Of a stretch of 64,000 nucleotides of DNA, positions 1 through 10,497 are shown piece by piece; position 1 is the first letter of the stretch, and every line of letters starts with the position of its first letter. The stretch spans positions 5,062,862 through 5,126,861 of the forward strand of contig SMSO01000025.1 of assembly GCA_004764695.1 (NCBI GenBank), in the 5' to 3' direction. The translations under genes and the position numbers were made by a program. This stretch comes from Schizochytrium sp. TIO01 (Eukaryota; Protista; Bigyra: Labyrinthulomycetes). The notes under the pieces were generated by a model. The model did not search any database, had not been told where the DNA came from, and saw nothing but the letters and a program-made list of their open reading frames with translations.

Positions 1-759
1 AAGCAATTGTGATATGCAGGAAGAAGGAAAAAAAGAGAAAGAACCCTTTCTTTCTAAAGTTCTTTTCAGGTGTGTTTTTTCAACCAGGTGGTTGGATATT
101 TATTGTTATGTATTGTTGTTTGTTTTATCTGCAAGGAACGCCGGTTCTCTTCCTTCTCTGCGCTCTTTCCCTTATTTCGACCCAAAAGCTCAGCATTGGA
201 CAGCTCAACCGGTCTACTGTAGCTCCCTCATCAAAAGCGCGCGGGCCGATACCATTATGCTTTCATTGGCTCCGCAGGCACCATTCCGAAGAAGGCCAAA
301 CAGCCAGCGCTAGGTCCTTATTACCTGCCTATGCACTCTCGTCCATTTACTATATGTTGTTTTAAAGTTAAAATAAATATGTGTTTAGAGGCCGTTGTTT
401 TCAACAGTACTTTTATGTAAAGTAATAAAAAGAAAAAAGTAAGTTTTTAGTTTGTTTTGTACACATACATACATACATACATACATGTACGGTGGATGCT
501 TCCATGGCAGGGAAAAAACAGAGGAGTCTCTCGTATGCATGCATATAGATATATGTATGTATAAACAGAGGAGCCCTTCGATATTCATCTTCGTTTCTAA
601 CGCTTTTTATTTTATTTGGTTTCAAAACTAGCTAGCGGATAAGTAAATATTCATTCAAAGTAGCCTAAAAGACTAGTGAGTACCTACTAACTATCACGGG
701 CGCCGTGAAAAGATACAGAAGGAGGAACCTTTCTTTCTGCCTTTGTCTCTCCCTCTGTG

Positions 760-760
<1 letters not shown>

Positions 761-856
<96 letters not shown>
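761..856. repeat. (ATCT)n microsatellite
   Basis: Perfect tetranucleotide run; explains the spurious SIYL ORFs. Confidence 0.97.
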
Positions 857-1327
857 CTGGCTCTGCCTGTGGACAGAACTGCTTGCCCAAGGCGACTGAT
901 CTCGAGCCTCGCGCTTTCCCTCTCCGGGCACCTGTCGGCTTTTCGAGGCCCGCAGCAGAAGAAGCAGCGGCAGGAGACCAGCTCGAGGCAGTTTTGTTGT
1001 TCGAATCAAAGGCAGCAAACAAAGCAAGAGATTAGAAAGAAAGAAAGACATGAGAAAGAAAGAATGAAAGAGTGGTTGCTCCATTTAATTTTAATTTTAA
1101 TTTTTTCATTCATCCATTCACTCACTCATTATCTTCTTAGTTTTTGGCTTGATCGGGGAGACGGTGGTTTTTACGCTGCGGCAAAGAAACCAACAAACTG
1201 AAAGGAAGGTGGCGAATGCAAATGTTTGTTTTCGTTCGTTCATAGAGAAAGAGAAATGAAAGAAAGCAGAATAAACTCATTCTTCCAGCGCAACGAAGGC
1301 GGAGCAAACGCGATATAATAATACTAA

Positions 1328-1368
1328 ATGAATGAATGAATGAATGAATGAATGAATGAATGAATGAA
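1328..1368. repeat. (ATGA)n microsatellite
   Basis: Direct reading. Confidence 0.9.
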
Positions 1369-2036
1369 TTAGAGTAGAACCAAGAGGAAGATGCCTCATG
1401 AAACGAGGACAGCGCCGCAAATAAGCAGTCGAAGCTTCACTACCGAAGAAACGAGCTTTAGCTTTCTTGAAGCGCTCACTCACTGCCTCGGGCTCAGTGC
1501 TTTGTACCTTTCACTCGCGAAAGAGTGGACTTGAACGCAGAAGTGGAAAGGAATCCCCGCTCTTCGGAAGGTTTCGTTTGATTTAGTTCTTTTGAGTTGC
1601 AGGCTGAAGAGAAGAGAAGAAGAAGAAGGTAGAATACCACTAGGCATGCAGACTAACCAACCCAGTAACCAACTAAGTAGCTAACTAACCAACTAGCTAA
1701 CTAGCTAGCAATCCAACTAAGTAATTTTTAGTTTTAGTTTAAAAGAAGGATGAAAAAGAAAATACTTTACCTGTAAAGAGTGTAAAGAGGAAAAAGCAAG
1801 CAAGTTTAAGGCCTTTGGAGACACCATAAAAGATGAGAGGACCAGAACTTACAATAAGCAGAAAGAAAAAAGACAGAAGGAAGTGACCCTCGGCTACTAG
1901 CTAGCTAGGGGTGTGTAGAGAGGTACCTAATGTCGAGCCAGAAAAAGCCAAGATAAAGATAGTCATACTTAGCATAATCAACCAGCTAAATTAAACTAAA
2001 TTTCATTCTTGAAAGGAATCAATTATAAAAGACTAA

Positions 2037-2068
<32 letters not shown>

Positions 2069-2256
2069 ACGCATTCATTCATTCACTATAAAATGATAAC
2101 TTACGTAAAAGAATCAGAATAGCAAACATTTGAAAAATCAAAGCAATTCAAATCAAAGCAGGAGAGGCGGAGGAGGACGGCATCCAAAACCGCATCACGA
2201 ACTCGCAAGGTTGACCTTGAGATAAGGTTTCGAGGAGAGACAAGAGCGAAGACAAG

Positions 2257-4671
2257 ATGAGCACCAAGAAGGTGTACAAGGGCCGCTCATGGGTCACCCA
2301 GCCCGGCGAGTGGGAGCAGGAGAAGCACTACTACCCGCGTGCCCTCAACGCGCAGCTCCATCCGCTGGTGCAGTCGTTCATGTCCCTCGACAAGAAGCGA
2401 CTCGCCATGCGCTACTGCCACCTCCACCCGGAGGCGAACCAGGAGAAGCTGCTCGAGGTCCTCTCCTACAAGCCCGCGTTCTTCAAGTGGAGTGGCGCTG
2501 ATCTCTTCTGCGTCACCAACGAGAGCGCCAACCGCCAGATGATCGTCATTGAGACCAACAGGTAAGTCAACGCAAAACATACAAACAAGCAACGAGGACA
2601 CGGATTTGAATCATCGTCGCCATTCGAACCATGGTAATATTTATTAGCAATTCCTCTTGCATGGCCTGCTTCTTCTTCCTCTTCCTTCTGTTTGATATCT
2701 ATCTGGCCAGATTCCTTTCTTCTCCACTTCATTGATGCTCGCCGGAGAATCGCATCTAGCACACAGGGGCTCTCGTGGACGCGGCGAGCCGTGCAGGTAC
2801 AGGCCACCAGGGCGGGGCTGTCGGTGCCGCGATGACGATGGCGAGATGCGTGGAATAGCGAGAAGCAAGTGAATCTGCGCTGCGGAATACATATGTATAT
2901 ATGTATATCCTTTGTCAAGTTTTTTTTTTTTTTCTTCTTCTCTCGCGATTCTAAAGATACAAAAAATAAAGCTTTTGAGCGAACGAGAAGAAAGCACGGC
3001 GGCCAGTTCTTAGCGGTCGCGCGCTAGGGCTGTGTCGATTGAACAGCAATGGCGAGGAGGGGAAGGGAACAGCAGCAGCAACAGAAAGGCTTTTAGGAAG
3101 ACTTGAGGGACCTGATTTGAAGACGCAGACTATGACTAACATTTAGATTGGAGTTCTTCTCCTCCTGATTATCTTTGCTCATGACACAGCTGCCCCAGTG
3201 GCCAGAAGTCCATGCCTGTGGCCGGTTCCACCGAGACCGAGTCCAGCAAGGATACCGGATACTACCGCATGATCTCTGAGACCTTTGGCCCTCTTGTCAA
3301 GGAGAAGGAGGCTGATCTCCCTGATGGTGTTTTTGCTGTTATCTTCGACAAGAACCCCATGGAGGCCACCGGATACGCTCAGTGTAAGTTATTTCTCTTA
3401 ATTCTGCACTTCAGCTTGTCTGAAGAGCACACACGTTGAAATACGTGGTAAACCCAAACCTAAACTGGTTATAGATAGACTAACCATCGATATACCTGGC
3501 GATCATACGAAAATCTTATTGCAATCGGGAAATACAAATGATAACAGGCATGAGCGATTACCTTGGCAAGTCTGTCTTTTTGATCGAGTTTTTCAAACTC
3601 GACCCGAACCCACCTGCTAAATGGACTGTGGACGGCGTCCTCTTGATCCGCGTCAAGAAGTCTGAGCTCCAGAAGCACTACCCGGAGAAGGTCGCCCTTG
3701 GCCAGCCTTGCAAGGACCCGGAATATGCCCAGGACTACGTATGGGTTCCCGTCCGTGCTGCCTTCCGCTACGTGACCATTGCTCCCTGGAGCCGCATCCC
3801 CATTGTCACCAAGACCCTTGTTCTTAACCCAATCATCTCCTGCCTCAGTGGTGGTCGCAACAAGCTTGTAGCCAGCAAGTCATACGACTTCCTCAACGCT
3901 GAGCTCGCTGAGTTTGGCTTGAACATTCGAGCCCCCGAGACCATTAGTGACGTTTCCTTGACCGAAATTCCCCTGTACCTTAAGGCAATGGGCTATGTCG
4001 GTGTAATTAAGGTCCCTTACAGTAATGCTGGTCAGGGTGTCTTCACAATTACCTCCAAGGCTGAGCTTGACGAGTTCATGGAGTGGGCCAAGGACACTAT
4101 CTACGATCAATACATTGTTCAGGCTCTTGTTGGTAACTCCACCTGGTCTAGCCGCTCCAACAATGGAACCTTCTACCACGTCGGTACCATCCCTAACACC
4201 AAGTACCGCATCTATGTTGCCGATGTTCGTATGATGATTTGCGCTACCGAAGATGGCTACCGTCCCTTGGCCATCTACGCCCGCCGTGCCGCAGAGCCTC
4301 TTGCAGAGACTCTTGATGGCTCCACCGCCTCTTGGAACATGCTCGGAACCAACCTTTCCATTGCCAAGGCTGATGGTACCTGGGATAGTGACACTGGCCG
4401 TCTTCTTCTCATGGACCGCAAGGATTTTAACAAGCTTGGTCTCTCTGTTGATGATCTTGTTGATGGTTTCATCCAGTGTGTCATGGCCTCGACTGCAATT
4501 GACCAGATGTGCAAGCGTCTCCTCAAGAAGGACAACTTCGACAAGGAGCTCTTTTCTAGTCTCAACAAGGATCCTGGTTTCATGAGTGAGGTCATTACTC
4601 TCGAGGCTATCAAGGCCGCTCGCGAAGCCGAGGAGGCTGCGGACGCGGACTCCGTCCCCAAGGAGGCCTAA
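2257..4671 (+). CDS. Circularly permuted ATP-grasp amide/peptide ligase, uncharacterised family; join(2257..2561,3190..3383,3548..4671), 540 aa
   Basis: Three ORF fragments join in frame through canonical introns (GTAAGT at 2562 and 3384; CAG acceptors ending 3189 and 3547). Splicing restores GADLF...IETNSCPSGQKSMP (D..ExN metal motif). Later motifs are VIKVPYSNAGQGVF, YIVQ and ADVRM. ExN before the K..GxG loop is the permuted order seen in eukaryotic glutathione synthetase and glutathionylspermidine synthetase. Confidence 0.8.
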
Positions 4672-6513
4672 ACCAACAAGAGTTTGTCTGATCAAATGGA
4701 ACTGAGGGACTGCGCGTCGTACAATCCCGGAAGGGATAGTTCTAGCTCTAGGTCAAAAATCCCGTTGCCCCACACGCACATCTCTGTGATACATATGGTG
4801 AACAAGATTCACTAATCTACATACGATCTATGGTCTGCCACACACAAATTCACACAAAATGCAGGCTATTTTTCAAACTCCATTGTCCTTGAGCTCCATC
4901 GCAAAGGTTTCTACATTACCCACAGATTACCCACGCATTTCTAATCACCGGCGCTCCGGTAGGGTACGAAGCCGAGACGAAAAGACTGTCTCGTCGGCGT
5001 GCCATGTTTTCATCACACGGGAATTAATTACGTCACATTTTAAGCCCTGCCACTATACTGCAAAATCAAAAATGCTATTCTTTTAACCTTCATCTCTCTC
5101 ATCTTGCATGTGTGCACCGTCCGGTCGGCCCATCTTTGTCAGTATCTTATCTTGAGACCGCTTTGATTTGACGAACCCCGTTGAGATTTTTTTCCCTCTA
5201 ATTTTCACAGGTACTTACAAAACCATATCTCATATCACAATAGTAATATTTGTTGAAATGGAATAGATAATAGCTCGTCGCAGCTTTTTGTTCTAAAAGC
5301 ATCATAGCTTTGGTAGTCACTGGCCATCCCTAATACCCCTGCACATTATGCTATCTCTCAGAAGTCTTCGTATCTTTTGGTCTAGTATATGGCTGTGTCT
5401 TTGCCTAATCTTCGATTATAAACGAGCCTGACAATATAAAGAAGTGGTTCCAGTATTTCTCCAAGGACCCGTTTTCGACTCTTTCTTTTTAACCTTTTCA
5501 ACAATCAGGCGGAGCTCCGCATTCACTTCCGACTGTCTGAGACTCGCGGCAAAAGGTCAGTCTCAACTCGCAAGGCTACAGATTCGTTCCCGAGTAGAGC
5601 GTACTTCCGTGAAGAAACCAGCTCTCAGAGGCGAACTTAGATTACAAAATTTCATTTCGCCATGTGCACACCCCTGAATTCCTGTATATATATCCTCCCT
5701 CGAGGACATGGTGCATTCGAGCGAGGGTGGGATCTTGAGTACGTATAGCTTGCCCTCAATAGCATAATAAAAGAGCAGAGTATCTAAAAAAACCATTTGT
5801 ATGATTTCAATTCTTATGGAGAATGTAGAAACGAAGAATTTCAGGTTTTAGACGAACGGAGTGCCCAGGCTAAACCCAGAAAACTTTGTATAGACTTTAT
5901 ATGAAATAAAAGTAAGAAAAGGATATCGATGACTGCTCTTTGAGGAAGTAGAAGACCAAAAGTTGAACATTGCAAAATGTTGCGATGGGTTCTCAGGAGC
6001 AAGAGACTTCAGCATATTGCATCGAAGTGAAAAGGAAACTTTTCAAGGGTAATTTAAAAAAAATTAAAGAGAGGTATTCAGAAAATAAGATAATCTCAAA
6101 TTCAACGGTAGTTATCGACGTGTCAAAAAAATGAAGAAAGAGCAAAAGGCACACGGGAGTTCTTCTTGTTGATCTGCAGATAATGCTTAATAAGACCGCG
6201 TGCAGAAAATTGGTATTGCTACTCTTCACAATGCATTAGTGCTTTCCAAGGTAGAATTTCGCTTGGTTAGCATGTTCAGAATAATACTGACAAAAGGATA
6301 GAGTCTCTCTATCAATGCTGCTCTGCTTTGATATTTTGCTTTCAAATGATCATCATTGCCTTGGTCGCCCGAATTGGTTTCATTGAAGTGTCCAAAGTGC
6401 TAAACAATGATATTTCTTCTCTCTAAAATAGAAGATTATATACGCCAGCAAAAGAATGTTTGAACTATTTGGGGACATAGGAAACCAAACAGTCATACTG
6501 AGCGATGGGGCGT

Positions 6514-8370
6514 TTAGGTGTGTCCGTCATCAACCTTGCCCTTGGGGAGTTCATCCTCGACATAGCCCAGGTGGATGATACGGTCACCGGCGGCGCAAAT
6601 GGGGTTGGTCGACTTACCAACCACGATAGCATCAGCCGGGGCCTTGAGGGTGTACACAACGTCACCAAAGAGGTTCTGCACAATGGCAACAATCTCACCC
6701 TGAGTCACCCAACTGTTGACCTCAGGGCGCACACGCAAAACACCACCTGCCGGGGAGTAGATCCACTTGGATCGAGCACAAATGGTTGTCTTGGTGTGGA
6801 GGGGGTTTACACTTCCACGGCGGACCATGGAGCGGCGCTTGTGTGGAGAAGGCGGCTTGGTAAGCGGGGAGAGGGGAGGGGGCGGGGACCCCTTGGCAAG
6901 CTCCATGAAGCTGTCAACACTACTACGCTTCTTGAGCTCAAAGTCACTTTCGCCCGATCTAGTGCCAAGAGGAGCGAGGGGAGGAGGGGGTGAAGAAGCG
7001 TCGAGCGTGAGTTCCTCACCAAGGTACTTTTCGTCGAGAACCATCTCTTCCTCTTCATCATCACCAGCAGGAGGTTCGTCTTCTTCGTCACCAAAGCTCT
7101 GAATATCAAGCCAACGCATGACATTCTCCACACCATAGAGAGCAGAAGACACAAAAGTGTTGTGGAACACAAGAGGGTCACCAATCTCTACAGTAATACT
7201 CGGGATACCCAGAGCCATGGCTGCAGAACGGAGGGAGCCGTCAGGTGCTGTGTTGTGGACAATAATTTGAGGGTGCTGGAGAAGCGCCATCTCGTGACTC
7301 ACAGGGTGGCGCATGTCGGCACGCACGTAAAGACTGTTCTTGCGGCCAAAACTGGCCGTGTGCATATCGATGTGGTAATCGAACTTCTTAATAATCTTTT
7401 CCAGCACATGGTGTACATAGGTCTGACCGCAGTTACCCTCGGCCTTACCGGGGAAGAGACGGTTGAGATCCTGGCCGTCATGGAAGCCACGCTGGCGACG
7501 TTGGTAACCGGGAGGGTTAAGAACAGGAATCGAAACGACAGTACCCTTCATGGTATCAACATCGATCTCACGGAAGAGACGGAAGATGAGGGGAATACCG
7601 TTGAGCTCGTTACCATGGAGTGCGGAGGTGATACCAAGGACAGGTCCTGCAAAGCGGCCCTTAGCTACAGTGACATGAATAGTGATATAGTCACCAAGTT
7701 CGTTGGGCACGAGAGCAAGCTTGAGGCGGGTAATCTGGCCAGGAGGCAAGGACTCAAGAGCAAGCTCAGAGAGCAGAGGCACAGGCTCATCAACCTCGAG
7801 CTCGTTGAGGCGCTCAACAGCCTCGCTCTCGTCGTACTGAATCTTCTCGTTGGAGCCCATGAGGTCATCGATCTCCTTGTGAAGCGCGTCGAGGGTTTCA
7901 CCATGCTTAATACGAGACTGCACGACACGCTCAGAGAGCTTCTCAAGAAAAGCAATAATTTCGGGGGGTGAGTCATCTTCGAGGTGCTTAAGAACCTTCT
8001 TGAGAAGCTTGTTCTGACCTTCGTGGTTGATTTCGTTGTAGCGTGCCAAGCGCTTCAGCGTAAGAACCCACTTAAGCTGGAGCTCATGGTCCGGCTCAAG
8101 GCCAGCCTCCTGAAGCCTTGCCGCATCAGCCTTAATCTTGGTGCGAATCTGCTGCACCTGACGTTTAAGGTGTCCATCGATCTTGAGCACCTCGCGCTTC
8201 CACCGCGGCTTGAACTCCTCCATAAAGTCATTCACCATCTTGAAGCGGCCGAAGGAGTCAATGTGAGCATTGAGAAGCTGCTTGAGCTCCTTGTACTCGA
8301 GAAAAAGGTCAATCCATTTCGCATTCCACGAAAGGTTCTGCTCAAGGCGAATAGTCTTACCAAACTTCAT
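6514..8370 (-). CDS. SPX-domain / M14 succinylglutamate desuccinylase-aspartoacylase (AstE/AspA) family Zn hydrolase fusion, 618 aa
   Basis: N-terminal SPX signatures MKFGK...W...LEYKELK and YNEINHEGQNKLLKKVLK. M14 motifs LHGNE, DLNRLFPG, IDMHT and TVEIG. C-terminal SPAGG...GEIV...APADAIVVG...GDRIIHLG is the barrel-sandwich hybrid domain typical of AstE/AspA proteins. Confidence 0.9.
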   Translation of the reverse strand: MKFGKTIRLEQNLSWNAKWIDLFLEYKELKQLLNAHIDSFGRFKMVNDFMEEFKPRWKREVLKIDGHLKRQVQQIRTKIKADAARLQEAGLEPDHELQLKWVLTLKRLARYNEINHEGQNKLLKKVLKHLEDDSPPEIIAFLEKLSERVVQSRIKHGETLDALHKEIDDLMGSNEKIQYDESEAVERLNELEVDEPVPLLSELALESLPPGQITRLKLALVPNELGDYITIHVTVAKGRFAGPVLGITSALHGNELNGIPLIFRLFREIDVDTMKGTVVSIPVLNPPGYQRRQRGFHDGQDLNRLFPGKAEGNCGQTYVHHVLEKIIKKFDYHIDMHTASFGRKNSLYVRADMRHPVSHEMALLQHPQIIVHNTAPDGSLRSAAMALGIPSITVEIGDPLVFHNTFVSSALYGVENVMRWLDIQSFGDEEDEPPAGDDEEEEMVLDEKYLGEELTLDASSPPPPLAPLGTRSGESDFELKKRSSVDSFMELAKGSPPPPLSPLTKPPSPHKRRSMVRRGSVNPLHTKTTICARSKWIYSPAGGVLRVRPEVNSWVTQGEIVAIVQNLFGDVVYTLKAPADAIVVGKSTNPICAAGDRIIHLGYVEDELPKGKVDDGHT

Positions 8371-9831
8371 CCTGTCAGAACGCTTTTGTTGCTGTCGACG
8401 CTAAACAGCTGCACACCTCGACCTTCGCTCAGTTGTGTGTTTGCTGCTGCAACTAATATTACGTTACTTCTCGCAAACTAACGCAACTGCAATCAATCTT
8501 ATCACACTGCCGTGTATTGCAATATAATTCAATGCAATGCAATACAATGCGAATGCAGATATACGGAAATGCTCCCCAAAAGACTACGGATCTCTCTTAT
8601 CCTCTCTGCGTGATCCAAACCCGACGCGAAAGTACAAAGTAAGCATAAGGAAAGCAGGTTAGTCAACAGTAAACAACTCTCGCAACGTTGTGGTTGCCCT
8701 GGCCCTTCACGGGCTGTCGAGCAGTCCCTCGCTCGCTCAAACAGGCACACCAGAAAGCCGAGGCAATCAATTGCAAATCAATTAGTTCGACTTTCAATCA
8801 AGCACCTGAAAAGACAAGCGCTCTGCTTCAACGGATTCCGCCGCCAGGCCTTCTCCGAGGCTCCAGGCGGCAGGGAGCTCGAGGTCGAGGAGATCACGGC
8901 CACACCAATCCAATCCGATCAAGGCCAACATGAGACGGGGAACTTACGCAGGTAGAGACCACGCCGTGCAGGCGAGGGAGGGCAATCCGAAGTAATACAA
9001 GATAGCAGTCTGCTGCGCCTTTTTTGGTTGACCTTCGTTTGCTGATCCTAACATTAAAAATAAAGCAGATCTTTCTCCATCTTTTCTACAATAGATCTTC
9101 TCCCTCTATATAATAAGGGAAAACCATAATGCATCAAAAGCCTTTTCACCCTTTCTATTTAATTAAAAGAGGATTTTTGTTTTTTAATCTTAATTTAAAT
9201 TATATAATAATGTAGGATATCTACTGTTTCCCCATAGGATTTGATATTTATTTAATATTATAGTTATTGTTAATTTTTTTAATTAATAAAAAAAATAGCT
9301 TGAGGATGTGGCAACTTGAACAGATTGAAAAAGAAAGCAAGTAAATCAATATGGCATTATAGCCTACCTACAATCGAAGTTGAGGTTTCCTACGAAAATT
9401 AGATAATTCAAGAGGGGGGGCAAACGCGCTGTTATACGTCCTATACAGGATACTGTACTGTAGTCTGTACCACATGGTCGACCTCAAGCGCTAAAAAGGG
9501 CGCCTTTATACTCTGCTCCTGTACAAATATTCGTGTATTTATTATAACATTTATTATCTATATTTTAATTAAAAGAGAAAGATAAAAACTACAGATTGAT
9601 AGTAGTTGCTTAGAAGCTATGGTGCTGATCTGAGAAGACGTTGGGATGGTAACTTGTCGAGGCGGAATGGGTCAGTATCGCAGACCTCGCCGGGTATAAA
9701 CTCGTTTTCATAGCTGCTTGGCTCGAAAGCGGGGGGTCCACAAAATAAACAATCTTTGATTTCGCGCAGGCAAATAGGTGCCTACTTACATACGCAATCA
9801 CCGGGTCACTTTGTACATATACATAAACATT

Positions 9832-9868
<37 letters not shown>

Positions 9869-10228
9869 TATTTATTTATTTTTAAAGTATTTGTTTTTGA
9901 TAAAATAGCTTGGAAAGAAGAGACGATAAGAGATTGCATGAGATATGGCCCTTCTCTTTTCGTTTCGCTGTGGCGGTGTCTTTCAAGAGAGGCTTCGATT
10001 CCTACGCAAAACATGCAAAGTTTCACGGCGAAAGACGAAGGAGGGCCTGCTTTGAACCTCCTGTCAAAAGGCGTTCTGTCTTCGCACAACGGCCAGCAGC
10101 ACTGTGTCGTCTTCGCGGAAGTAGAGTATCATCATAAGATTACATTGTGTTGGATTGTCGTTACGCTCTTCGTTATCTTATCCTATGACTTTATTAAATT
10201 AAAAAAAAAAAAAAAAAAAAAAACAAAA

Positions 10229-10264
<36 letters not shown>

Positions 10265-10337
10265 ACGTGGTGCCTTTCCACATAAAATAACTTTAAAATG
10301 AGACTTTCCAGCAGTACGTACAGTACTCTGTTTTATT

Positions 10338-10497
<160 letters not shown>

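Noticed and set aside
705-1201. ORFs with SIYL repeats, and similarly the MQCNA, FVCL, YVCM and NQSI ORFs elsewhere
   Set aside because: Translations of stop-free microsatellites, not genes.
3880-8481. Long antisense ORFs opposite the ligase and SPX-M14 genes (and opposite Ars2, PEPC and HDAC)
   Set aside because: Shadow ORFs expected from biased codon usage on the coding strand; no recognisable motifs.
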